The notes beneath the pieces are model-generated. The model did no database searches. It was not told where the DNA came from and saw only the letters and a list, made by a program, of their open reading frames with translations. A stretch of 60,584 nucleotides of DNA, the filler included, from Platydemus manokwari (Eukaryota): the NCBI GenBank assembly GCA_037951405.1. It is 5 parts of 5 records of this genome, joined end to end, with 100 filler letters (N's around TTAATTAATTAA, not from the genome) between each part and the next. Parts side by side here need not be neighbours in the genome. Positions count along the whole stretch, not along the records: positions 46,476 to 60,584 come from JBBMOY011529189.1; 4 more parts are not named here. One strand, written 5' to 3'. This document shows, piece by piece, positions 50,401 to 60,584 of this stretch (positions are counted from its first letter, which is position 1; every line of letters starts with the position of its first letter). A program made the translations under genes and the position numbers.

Positions 50401-51234
50401 AAACAAGCACCTGGTTTCAAATAATCACCATGTGGTGTGGGTTTTCCTCTACAATCGTTGAAGAATTTAGAACCAATGGCCTTCATTGATCTTGTTGGTC
50501 TCTCATTGTTTGGAGATTCAGTGCGATTAACTGATGGTCGATGATATTCTTTTACACTAAAATCTCTTTCCTGCACAATTGGACTTAGCTTTTTGAACGA
50601 CGTCTCCTTCTGAAAGGTCTTTCTTGGTTCACTTTGAAATAGCGACTAAGCATATGTCTTCTTGATGGTGTTTATGGGGTTTGTCGGAGTTAACTTCCCA
50701 AAATTGATAGCTATCTCTCTTCCTCTATCGTCGGACGCTGCAGGGTCGAGAGTAAATGACTCTTTCAATTTCTTGCTTTTTAGACCTTGCAGAATAAATA
50801 GTCTGGAAATTTCTTCAAAAGTGTTTTTCTTGTCAAACATCTCCGAAACTAGCTTCTTTACCCGAAGTTCATAACTCCGGTATTTTTCATATTGTCTTTG
50901 TTGCATTGATGCCAAATCCTGAACCTTGTCATAAACTGTTTCTCAAAAGCATGTCAAATGCAAATAATAGATCCATTTGATTAAAGGTCGCGAAATCTTT
51001 GGTTGTTTGGAACCATTTCTCTGCGTCTTGGATTGATGAATCGAAAAATGAGGGTTTGTGGCAGATTCGCAAAAAATTTTTGCCTCTCTTCTCTTTTAGC
51101 TCTAGTCAGAGCGTTAAATTTGGCGTGGTCGCCAGTTAAAACATTAGTCGTGTCCATTAATATTTTTATTCAATTTCGAAATCACAGCATTTGTTTTTTT
51201 TAATATTAAAACAAATCTTGTTTTTTATCTAACT
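47438..51234 (-). mobile_element. Ty3/gypsy element (copy 3), gag-PR-RT-RNaseH-IN order, multiply frameshifted
   Basis: 5' LTR 51134-51234 (AGTTA...TAACT), PBS TGGCGACCACG, gag knuckle CFCCGELGHRR, RT SPWNSPLFVVPKKDG...LDFRKLN...DLGQAYY, RNaseH ILDT..S..AIGGVLS, HENADGFSR, integrase core, PPT GGGAGAAGGA (47534-47543), 3' LTR 47438-47533. Confidence 0.95.
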
Positions 51235-51239
51235 ATTGT

Positions 51240-52978
51240 AAAGCACACAGATCAACATTATTATCCGGATCATCATTAACAAAAGTTAGAATTGAATAGC
51301 CGTCAGAACCTATTTTCTCCCAAAAAGAACACCAATCGACAGTATACTGCACTCCATCACTACTAACATGCAATAGCAGACTTTCGACTACACCCATCGC
51401 AGAAATTCGAGGCTTATACTATTTTCTTACATTCAAGATTGCCATACCATCTCCGCATTCAACAAGTCGAGACCACAAAACTCGACTTTAAGGCTCTAGT
51501 CACAACCGAAAACAACGAGCGAATCCAAAGCTTTGACAAGAAGATCAGGCAAATCTCCCGAAAAATACGAAAGATGGACGGTTCCAATTCGAGCAACAAT
51601 CAATTCATGTATACTCCAACAAAATTGGATGGTCTAAGTATGACGACTTCACTAATGGAGTATTGCATTCAAAGTATCGTGGGAGCTCTCAGATACCTTA
51701 CCAGCCCAGACTACTAGTTCAGGACCTTCATGATAAACCACATCACAGACATTGTCAACCACAGAATGACCGACCCAGCCAATCTTGCAACCGCTCTTCT
51801 CTGGATTTCTGATAAGCTTCCAACGAGAAAAAGCGATTTCGGCCACATGGTGGATAAAAACACGATTCGCAGCTCGGAAACTTCGCAAAATACAGATAGA
51901 CGCTGAATTTTACAATCACCATATGGAAATCTTGCTCAAACTCCCAGTGGGCAATAACAAAACATACCACTTCAACTTTGATAACCTTGGTAAACTCTTC
52001 AATATACTTCATGATGCGGTCCCTATGCATGTTTTCAACAAATGGACCACCATGAAAAAGCAGGGCCGACTTGCTCACTGCTTCGCTGCCAGCCACCTCT
52101 CCCAGAAACCGATGCAGAACTTACATCTATCTCCGGAGGTATGGATTTTCACTCAACAAGCGCGAAACAACTTGCTTCTACTAAACTACACGCCGTAGTT
52201 CATCAATAAAGAAAAATCCACGCTGCGTAGAAGATGCCTGACCGAGCAAGAAATGGATGCTTATATATTTATTCACTGCCCAGCGATCCCTGGTTTAGCA
52301 TCAAAGAGACATTCCATCACCTTGGACCACTTAGGGAACTACCTCCAATCACTGGGTTATGATACGGAGATTGACACGAGCCTTCCAGAAACCAACACAA
52401 AATTAATTCCTGCAACTAGTACTGTTTGTACCAGATCTTATAATAAGAAATAAAGCGAAGAGGAATACTTACATTGTCGATCTCAAAATACCATTCAAGA
52501 TCATGAAGAACTTCGAAATACACAGGCTCCTCAACTACGAAAAAACCGTCAGATTGCCAGTGAAATCAAAACGAAGACCCGATTCGAAACCTATCTAGAC
52601 GTTCTTTGTATAGAAGTTCTCGGTTCTTGGGATCCAAAAAACAACAACGTCCTAGCCAACATCGGACTTACTAAGCCGCAAATCACATTCATTGTCGACC
52701 ATTTAATCAGCACACCTCTAAAGGATGCCTACGTTACTTACAAAGCTCATACCAACAATCGAAACCTCAAGCCACCATCCTGGTCAAGAGCACTTAATCA
52801 GCTAGCAATTAACAACCATAACTGATAGTAACTCTAACTAGTAGATAATCGAGCAATTCTCTGAGAATCTCATACAAGCAAACTTACCGGACGTATCAAA
52901 GGGTTAATCAATTTTATAAAAAGATCTGAGGACTTGTGCCACCGCATCGTGAAGATATTTATGTTTATATTAAATAAA
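51240..52978 (+). mobile_element. 5'-truncated non-LTR retrotransposon with restriction-like endonuclease (NeSL/R5/Utopia-like)
   Basis: Motifs in order: KQG...WIFTQQARNNLL; zinc-knuckle relic RRRC...E...I..HC......KRH; PDLII...YIVDLKIPF (PD-(D/E)xK); VLGSWDPKNN. Stop at ~52825, then a short 3' UTR ending AATAAA at ~52978. Confidence 0.88.
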
Positions 52979-53479
52979 TTTTATCCCCTATGATACAATT
53001 TATTGGTCGGTTGAGCTGCATAGGTTTGTGCACGCAGTTTCTTCAATTATTAACCCAAGTTCCTAGCTTTATTATTAAGAATAGATATAGAGCACAAGGT
53101 TGCTCAGATATTTTCATCGTTGATGTGTTACAATTAATCCGCCAAGCCCTCAATGTCTCAATATCAGTCTTCAGTTTATCAATCACCGCAATTGCCTTAA
53201 TGGTCACAACACTTTGTTTGAGTCATCTTCTCAATCCAAGTGCTCTATCCACCATCATATAGGATCCCAATATGAAATCCAATTCTCCTAACAAAGCCCC
53301 AATCCAATAGGAAAGTAGGCATTGATATTTTATGATTAGACTATGTGATTATCTTTACTTAAAATGTACACAACTAATAATTGATTAGGTAGAAAAATTT
53401 GATTTAAACATACATATAATTTATTGTAAAATTATAATAAAACATAAATGACAAGCGAAATGTTATTATTTTATTATAT

Positions 53480-53740
53480 TTTTGAGAGTAATGATAATGA
53501 ATGAAATTATAAAATTATAATAAAATCTATAAATATGAATGGCATATTTAAAATAAATAAATGTAGTTAAAATATAAATTAATTAAAACGTGGGTGAAAA
53601 TAAACTGAAATTAATAATATAGGAGTACTTATAAATTAATTTAAAGATACTATAAGAAAAAAGAAAATAATAAATAAAAATAATTATTCATAATACCCAA
53701 TAAAAAGCAGTATATAAGCAGTAGGAAAATCAGAAAGATC
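53480..53740 (+). repeat. Dispersed LTR-like repeat (copy B), homologous to 3590-3900
   Basis: Shares the GGGTGAAAA...AAAAAGAAAATAATAAA...TTATTCA...TATATAAG blocks with 3590-3900. Boundaries approximate. Confidence 0.55.
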
Positions 53741-54093
53741 TTTCACAAAAATAATTGCAATGTTCACGAAAGAAGAGCGAACAAATTGAGAAGTTTGCCA
53801 TTCATACAGAACAGAAATATAAAGTAATAACATGTTTCATAATTTTATATATTCTCTCGCAATAAATTTATATTTTTTAATTTTTATTTATCACCAAATT
53901 TTTTCAGATTTTTGTCCAAGAAATACAATTTATTTAATCTTGTAAAAGAATAATTTAAAATATTAACGATTAATAAATGGGTTTTAATTAATTTAATTTT
54001 AGCCAATAATATATTAAATAATTGTAAATAATTTTATTTTATTTTTCATTTAATGCATTATTTATTTATATTTTATGTTGAGAAATAATAATC

Positions 54094-54876
54094 ATGTTTA
54101 GTGAAGTTCGAAATAAAACAGAGTTCTTTCATGTTTGGTTGAATAATCTCATAGACCCTTATCAGGAGACAGAATCACAAAATCATTTTAATCATGGCCC
54201 GGTGTATAAATTTGAAAAATCTGAAATTCCCTTAAAACGAATGGAACTAACAATTAAAAATGTTGAAATTCATAACAATTCAGGACAAAACAATAACAGA
54301 AAACGACAATATTCTGATATCGATTGTTTCAACTATCAAGAAACAAATAACATGGAAGGAGATTTTAAAAGAATCAAAATAAATAATCTAGTTGATCAAA
54401 AAACAGATTTCAATATCTTAAGTAAAAATCTCGATTTTAATAGAAAAATTGGAATGGAAAATCCTTTTGATGGAAATAGTCGAACTGATCGCAACTCAAT
54501 CATAGGATCAAGAAATGTATTTGAGATTCGCAATCAAGCTAAAATGAAGGAAAAGAAATCATTGAAATCATCAAATGGCAACAATATTTGGAATTTCATT
54601 AATCGATTGTATTTTTGGAGTAGAAAAACTGAAAATGATCAAAATATGAAATCAAATGTCACAGAGAGCATTAATGGATCACCAAATGTGGAAATGAGAA
54701 ATTATACAGATTTAATTAGCAAAATGGATATGTTCCGTTTCACAGATAATTCACCGTCGAAGATGATCATTGATGATCGAGATAACGGCAAAGAAATAAG
54801 AACATCTGAATTCCGAAATTTGAAAGCCATGGAATTGAATCATGAACAAAGTCGATTTTTCAAACAAATATGTTAA
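54094..54876 (+). CDS. Hypothetical 260-aa Asn/Lys-rich protein, intronless, no recognisable domain
   Basis: 783-nt open frame in very AT-rich DNA, ATG in an ATCATG context, AATAAA at and after the stop, RKR...KRIK basic clusters. Confidence 0.7.
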   Translation: MFSEVRNKTEFFHVWLNNLIDPYQETESQNHFNHGPVYKFEKSEIPLKRMELTIKNVEIHNNSGQNNNRKRQYSDIDCFNYQETNNMEGDFKRIKINNLVDQKTDFNILSKNLDFNRKIGMENPFDGNSRTDRNSIIGSRNVFEIRNQAKMKEKKSLKSSNGNNIWNFINRLYFWSRKTENDQNMKSNVTESINGSPNVEMRNYTDLISKMDMFRFTDNSPSKMIIDDRDNGKEIRTSEFRNLKAMELNHEQSRFFKQIC

Positions 54877-55875
54877 TAAATATCAGATAATTCAGTTGAA
54901 TCCAAAATTTTAGTTGATAAATAATTTTGTTGTTAAATAAAATGTTTATAATGATTATTCGATTTGATTGTGTTTTTTATTTATTTTTTATTTAATTTGT
55001 ATCAATTTCATTATTATAAATTATTAATTAAAACACATATTTTCATTGCTAATATTATTAAATAAAGTAATAATAATTCGTTTTATTCTTAAAATAAAAT
55101 ATTACGATGAATTACAACAAGAATCCAATGTCGAAAAAAACTAAAAAAAAATAAAAACTAATAAAAATTAAATATAAAAAATAACTATTACATAATTAAA
55201 AGTAATAATGATTTCTGTAGTAGAACAATCTATTTTTTTAAATGAAGATAATCAAGAAAAAAATGAGAAATAATCAAAAAGATTATTTTTACTACAAAAA
55301 TATTGTCTCAAGAATCCCGATATGGTTAATTGGAGGCTTGGTATCAATTCGATCCTCACAAACAAATAAATAAAATAATAAAATAAAGATAATCTAAATA
55401 GAACAAAATATTTATTGATTTATCAAAATTATTCACCATAATGTCCAGACCCATTTGAAAATACATTTTTAATTAATAATTTTTACCAATGACAGACACA
55501 AATCAATTGATAAGATTGTCAGTATAATTTGAAAATTAATATAAAATTGGTTCTTTAAAATTTGTTTACAGATAAATTTTCCAAGCAAAAATTAATCTTC
55601 ATAAATTCAAATTGTATTAATCTTCAAATCGTATGAAGGTATGGTTAATTTGAATTGGTAATTTGCGAATTTGAATGAAAAATCATGTTTTATTTTGGCA
55701 CTCACTTGAAATTTCATTTTGTAAATAAATTCAAATAAAATTAACAAATCTCTTTCAATATTTTGTAGTTTTGTATGAATTGACTATTTGGAAAATCAAT
55801 TGAAAATAGAAATTTGTGAAAACACAAACTAAAATATAAACATATTTCAAACAATTTTTTTAAACCTAACTTAAA

Positions 55876-56029
55876 ATGTTGCGAATTCAAATTTTTATAA
55901 ATAACTTTTATTCCAAGCAATCAAAATTGGTTTTATTTCCCTTTAATATTACATGTTGGGAATTCATATTTTTATAAATAACTTTTATTCCAACCAATCA
56001 AAATTGGTTTATTTCCCTTTAATATTACA
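55876..56029. repeat. Tandem duplication, 2 x ~77 bp
   Basis: ATGTTG(C/G)GAATTCA(A/T)ATTTTTATAAATAACTTTTATTCCAA(G/C)CAATCAAAATTGGTTT(T)ATTTCCCTTTAATATTAC at 55876 and 55953. Confidence 0.93.
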
Positions 56030-56278
56030 ATGATCAGAGAACTATACAAACGAATAAACATAAATATATTTTCGTAAAAATAATTCAAATCCTGCCAAAC
56101 AATCCTATACGGAAAGTCAACACAAATTTTCAACATCTTCTAATTATATAATTACTGTGATTAAATATCCATTTTATAAATAGAATGAATATATATTATT
56201 TACATCAAAATTATCAATATAATCATACACGGAATCAATTATTATTGTACATTGATATATTTACAAAGCAGAAACACA

Positions 56279-59200
56279 TTATGTCGGTATCGACCAAATG
56301 CAAACTAAATTGTTATCAGTGACTGCCACCAAATACGTTCCGTCGGAACTCATCTCAACGCAATTTATAATGGGATTCTTATTAACAGCTTCGGTTTCTT
56401 GGTTGTTTTTATCGGTGTCATTGTTACTCTCCACACTACATTCGGGCCAATCGAGGATTTTGGCTGGTTTACATTTGAATTTCCTTGTATTGTTATCATC
56501 GTTGACCTCTTTGGACATATCATACAACCATATGGTGCCCTCATTGTCACCACAGGTTACTGAGCCGAGATTCATTTGAGCTGTGACATTGATGTAGATC
56601 TCATCTGTTATTTGCCATCTCAATTGACCAATAACATCGGCAATGATACGATTCTGTTCATCGAATTTTCGAGCCTTGTAATGTTGTAATATCTGAACAA
56701 AAATGAAAGATCAATAATATATCGTCCACCAAATCAATAAAACAATCAAACTTGAGGAAAGTTAATTGTGAAAATTTCGCCTTCTTCAACACACTTCACC
56801 AGGAACGTATTTTCCGAAAGTCGGGCCAGACCATCAAAGCAGGGTTCCTGATGTGTTGGCACTTTAACTTCAAAATCTGGAGGTCTAAAATGTCTAGTTG
56901 TAACTGAAAACGTAATCAATATCAATCTACTGTATATCATCAAGCCTGTGTTTCCTGAATTCTGGGAAAAGCCACACGAACACTCCGTCTTCACAACCGG
57001 TAATCAAGGCATCATAAGACGGCATCACAACGAGATTAAGAACTGGATTCAAGTGTGATCTGGGGCACATGAGCTTAGAAAGAAGTTGATAATGCGTAGT
57101 GTAATCTGGTGCGGAGGGTATTCCAATGTCCCACATTAATATGGTTGCCATAGCATCACCAGAGAAAAGCACTGTCGGATAACGGGGATGGAAGGTCATA
57201 CATGCTATTTCCTGTTCGTGACCCTTCATTTCTGCATAACAAACCAATTGTTCGGGATGTAATAATCGAATATCTTTCATTTTTCCAGCTGCAGCTAAAA
57301 TGTTTATATAATGGCCTCCAGCCATTTCAACGGTTGTCCAAGCAACGGTATAAAACTCCTACCCAATAAACAATAAATTATGGAAAACGCAACATAAAAT
57401 AGATTGTTAACCTCCTCACGGCTTTTAAATCGCTTCATAACTTTACCAGTTCGACAATCGATCAAACATACGCATTCTCCTCCACATGTAGCAACAACGG
57501 ATGTCGTTTCCAAATATGGATTGTTGGGATTTGGTTCGAATGCGCATCGCCAAACCTTGGTGGTACAGTCACGAGGATTATTATCACGAGCATGACATCG
57601 TATAAAATGCAAAGGATCGTAATCGGGTGTTTTACCATTCACAGATATTCCTTTACAAGAACTATTAGGTTTAAATATAGAACTGGTCGGTAGGGTAACA
57701 ATGGTTCCTGATGAACGCTGTACGAGTTTATGTTGTTTCTCTTTATCAGCTTGATTTCTTTTGATTTCATTGATAAATGATGCCTCGCTATTGAAATCAC
57801 TGTGATCACTGTTTGTTCGTAATGAGCTCTTTGTTGGCGATATACTCGTCGATTTGCTATGTTTGGGACTGGGTGCATATTCGTAATCATCATTATTGAG
57901 TTCTTTCTGTTCGTCAGGTGATAGGCGTTCCTCGTTCTGAATGAAAAAGAAAAAACCATTAAAATAAACTCATTTAACGATTCTGACATACATCAGAACT
58001 AAAGTTAGTCGCTGATCCTTTATCATTAGATTCTCTCACCCCATATGGATTAAATCTCTTCATCCTATTACTATCTCGAGTGGTCACTTTCAAGCTTTGT
58101 GGTGGTGGTCGATGAGGAGTCAGATTCATCGTGGAATCACCAAGAATTGCACTGAAACGATATTTCATGTCAATACAAAGTATAAAAGAATTAAAATTGA
58201 AAAATTACGCCAAACTATCTTCTTGAGCAGAAAGTCTTTGTTGTTTATTGGGAGTATCAGGAATGGTTTTGTTCAGTTTGATATAAGTGCGATCAGATGC
58301 ATCTTTAATATATCGAGGTGGTCTACCTCTAGTATTAACTCCAACCATTTCTCTCAATTTTGATGGTGGAATAGGTGTTGTACAATCTCGAACTATTTCA
58401 GATATTTTCTTTAAAACTTCTTGAGAAACAGGAGATGTTGATCGTTTTTCCCTGGGTTGATCATAGCTATCATTATCATTTTGCCAATCATTATTCTCCA
58501 ACATTGATTTCGGCATTTTAAACATTTCACGTTTCTGCATATCAGCATTTTCTTTGATTTTATCTTTCGGTTTCTCCACAGGCGGTCGAATAAGTTTCGG
58601 TCGTCCAACGCGACGTTTGACATTGGTATTGAAATTTTCAACTTTTTGCAAGACATCATCAATAACCTTTTGAACAGATTCTTTTGTAAATATATCTTCA
58701 TCGGTTTCTGTTTGAGGTGATTCAACAATGCCATAAACTCTTTTCTTAAACGAAGCTGGACCTGGTCGAGTTCTAGGAGGTTCGGAAAATCGATCTTTTT
58801 TCAAATCATCCGATAACGAAGCTGTACCATCTAAGCCTGTTTTTTTGTTTGCTGATAACAAATAACTATTGGTATTGTTCTGTGTGCTATCGCCACCACC
58901 AACTGGTATAAGATCACCTCCTGGTTGTCGTGCAGCAGTTCTCATAACGGAATAAACAACAGTTTTCCCACTTCTCAATGCTTGTCCAACAACATTGGTC
59001 AATCGATCTAATGGTTCATCCTGCAATAAAATTTGATCTTTCTCCACAGTTTGATTATCAAATTCATTCTTCTTTTGATATCTCGATTTGGTCGTGCGAC
59101 TAATTTCACTTTGTTCTTCCTCATCTTCATCTTCATTTTCATCATTATATTTATCCTTCAATTCATCATCTTCATCATCGTCAATGATTTTTGAATCAAG

Positions 59201-60006
59201 AAACGATTCCGCCACTCTTCGGGCCTAATTAAACAATTATTTAAAAATTCAAACATTTCAAATGAAGCACTAAAAACAATTTGATATCCACTTCATATAA
59301 AAATGTTTATAACAAGTAAAAGCTTACCACTAAGTCTTTGAAATTGAAGAATTTCTCTTCGTTGAAGACCTTTCTTTCTCGAATGCTTAATACCAATGTT
59401 TCAATCACTTTCTGAGCCTCACTTTTAGCAACTCCTTTCTTGAAATACATGGCCAAATCTTCTTCCCAACGACCTTGTACCATTGATTCAATATATGTTC
59501 GAGCTTCAATAAGCGTATTATTAAATTCATCCGTTAAATAACCCTCAAATTTTCTCTCGTTAATGAATGTCAATTCTGGACAGAAAAACAGAATGCTCTC
59601 TTTATTAAGTTTTCTAACAACTTTTTCATCCAATTCAACGGAATACAATTTGGGAAATTGTTCCAATAGAGGCACAGTGATAAATGCATTTTTTTTCAAA
59701 TTTAATTTGATAAGATTTGGTAAAAATAAACATCGTGGCAAATACGATATGGAATTATTGTACAAATTCAATTCAACAAGATTGTAACAATAATTGATAT
59801 CAATTGGCATGATGCTAGTGAATGAGCAATTAGCCAAACTAATGATATCGAGAGAGATTATTATAGGATGATAATTGTTTTAATGATAACAACTCACTTG
59901 AGAATTCGAACTTTCTTCAAATCATCGGTACCAGTGTGACAATAAATGACACATTCATTGAGGATATTGTGGCCAGCATCACATTCCAGATTGACATTAC
60001 CGAGAA
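56279..60006 (-). CDS. LRWD1: Leucine-rich repeat and WD repeat-containing protein 1 (ORC-associated, ORCA); start exon upstream of 60006
   Basis: Exons 60006-59898, 59838-59328, 59224-58209, 58151-57992, 57936-57412, 57358-56931, 56884-56752, 56692-56279, GT-AG and frame-consistent. N-terminal LRRs (LVELNLYNNSISYLP, LEQFPKL). LRWD1-diagnostic WD40 start PLHFIRCH...DCTTKVWRCAFEP...VATCGGECVCLIDCRTG...EEFYTVAWT, then WDIGIP, CGDNEGTIWLYD, YLVAVTDNNLVCIW. Confidence 0.95.
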
Positions 60007-60584
60007 CTAACAGAAATTATATTGAAAACCATTATAATCATCAAATTAAATTATTATCATATGGAATAATTATCAACATTTCAAGTTATATATTAAATAA
60101 TGACAAATGTTTGACAGCTTTTACAGCCAAAACCCATCAAGATTGTATTGAAATATTATCATTTAAGCTATAATTCTAGATATTATTGTTCAATAATGAA
60201 TATATCATTTCGAAAATTCTACAAAAATCCCAAATATCCCAATGATCGATATTTATTATGCAACATTTCCTCAACACAATAAGTCAATATAAATTATAAA
60301 ATAACATTAATATATAATTTTGTCAATCAGCTATGATATAATTATAAATCAATTATTATATGTGTTTATAATACAGACATATTGTATAATAAAAACCAAT
60401 AAAGAATATTTGTATATCATTTATCCCATCTATTAATCAAGTAATGGATATAATAAACAAATAGAAAAATGATAAGCGTGTTTATTATTCCATTGGTTTG
60501 TTTAAAACAATGTTTTCAATATCGATTTCTATCTCATAAAACAATTGATAGAAAATACATAATTTGTTTTCAATTTTACACGAA

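Noticed and set aside
52920-52960. CTGAGGA...hairpin...GAAG in the non-LTR 3' UTR as a ribozyme
   Set aside because: GAAG instead of GAAA, and unpaired linkers; only a 4-bp hairpin.
56298-59787. Short ORFs antisense or out of frame to LRWD1 (similarly those overlapping ACSL and the gypsy pol)
   Set aside because: Shadow frames of real coding sequence.
1-60584. tRNA, rRNA, snRNA, SL RNA genes or CRISPR arrays
   Set aside because: No cloverleaf, conserved RNA-gene motif or repeat-spacer array was seen by eye. A covariance-model scan would be needed to exclude small ncRNAs.

Overview
Very AT-rich eukaryotic (animal) genomic scaffold. A planarian or other flatworm is the likely source, inferred from composition, 43-59 nt mini-introns, (AAT)n tracts and the transposon mix. 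It holds two clearly recognisable multi-exon genes. One is an ACSL3/4-type long-chain acyl-CoA synthetase (+, 6894-9793) whose last exon is not in the window. The other is LRWD1/ORCA (-, 56279-60006; LRR + WD40), with a greatly expanded linker carrying AT-hook-like motifs. There is also an intronless 260-aa orphan ORF. Much of the rest is decayed transposons: three copies of one Ty3/gypsy family with ~90-100 bp AGTTA...TAACT LTRs, LTR relics, a NeSL/R5/Utopia-like RLE non-LTR element, and hAT-Buster, Merlin, Tc1/mariner and probable Polinton/Maverick relics. Four of the five N-gaps contain an artificial TTAATTAATTAA linker. The most intriguing unexplained signal is a spliced minus-strand exon at ~30486-30740. 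It carries two short ORFs coupled by an AUGA stop/start overlap, a candidate peptide-uORF or bicistronic microprotein cassette, with candidate upstream 5' exons. All calls are from manual reading and translation; no searches were run.
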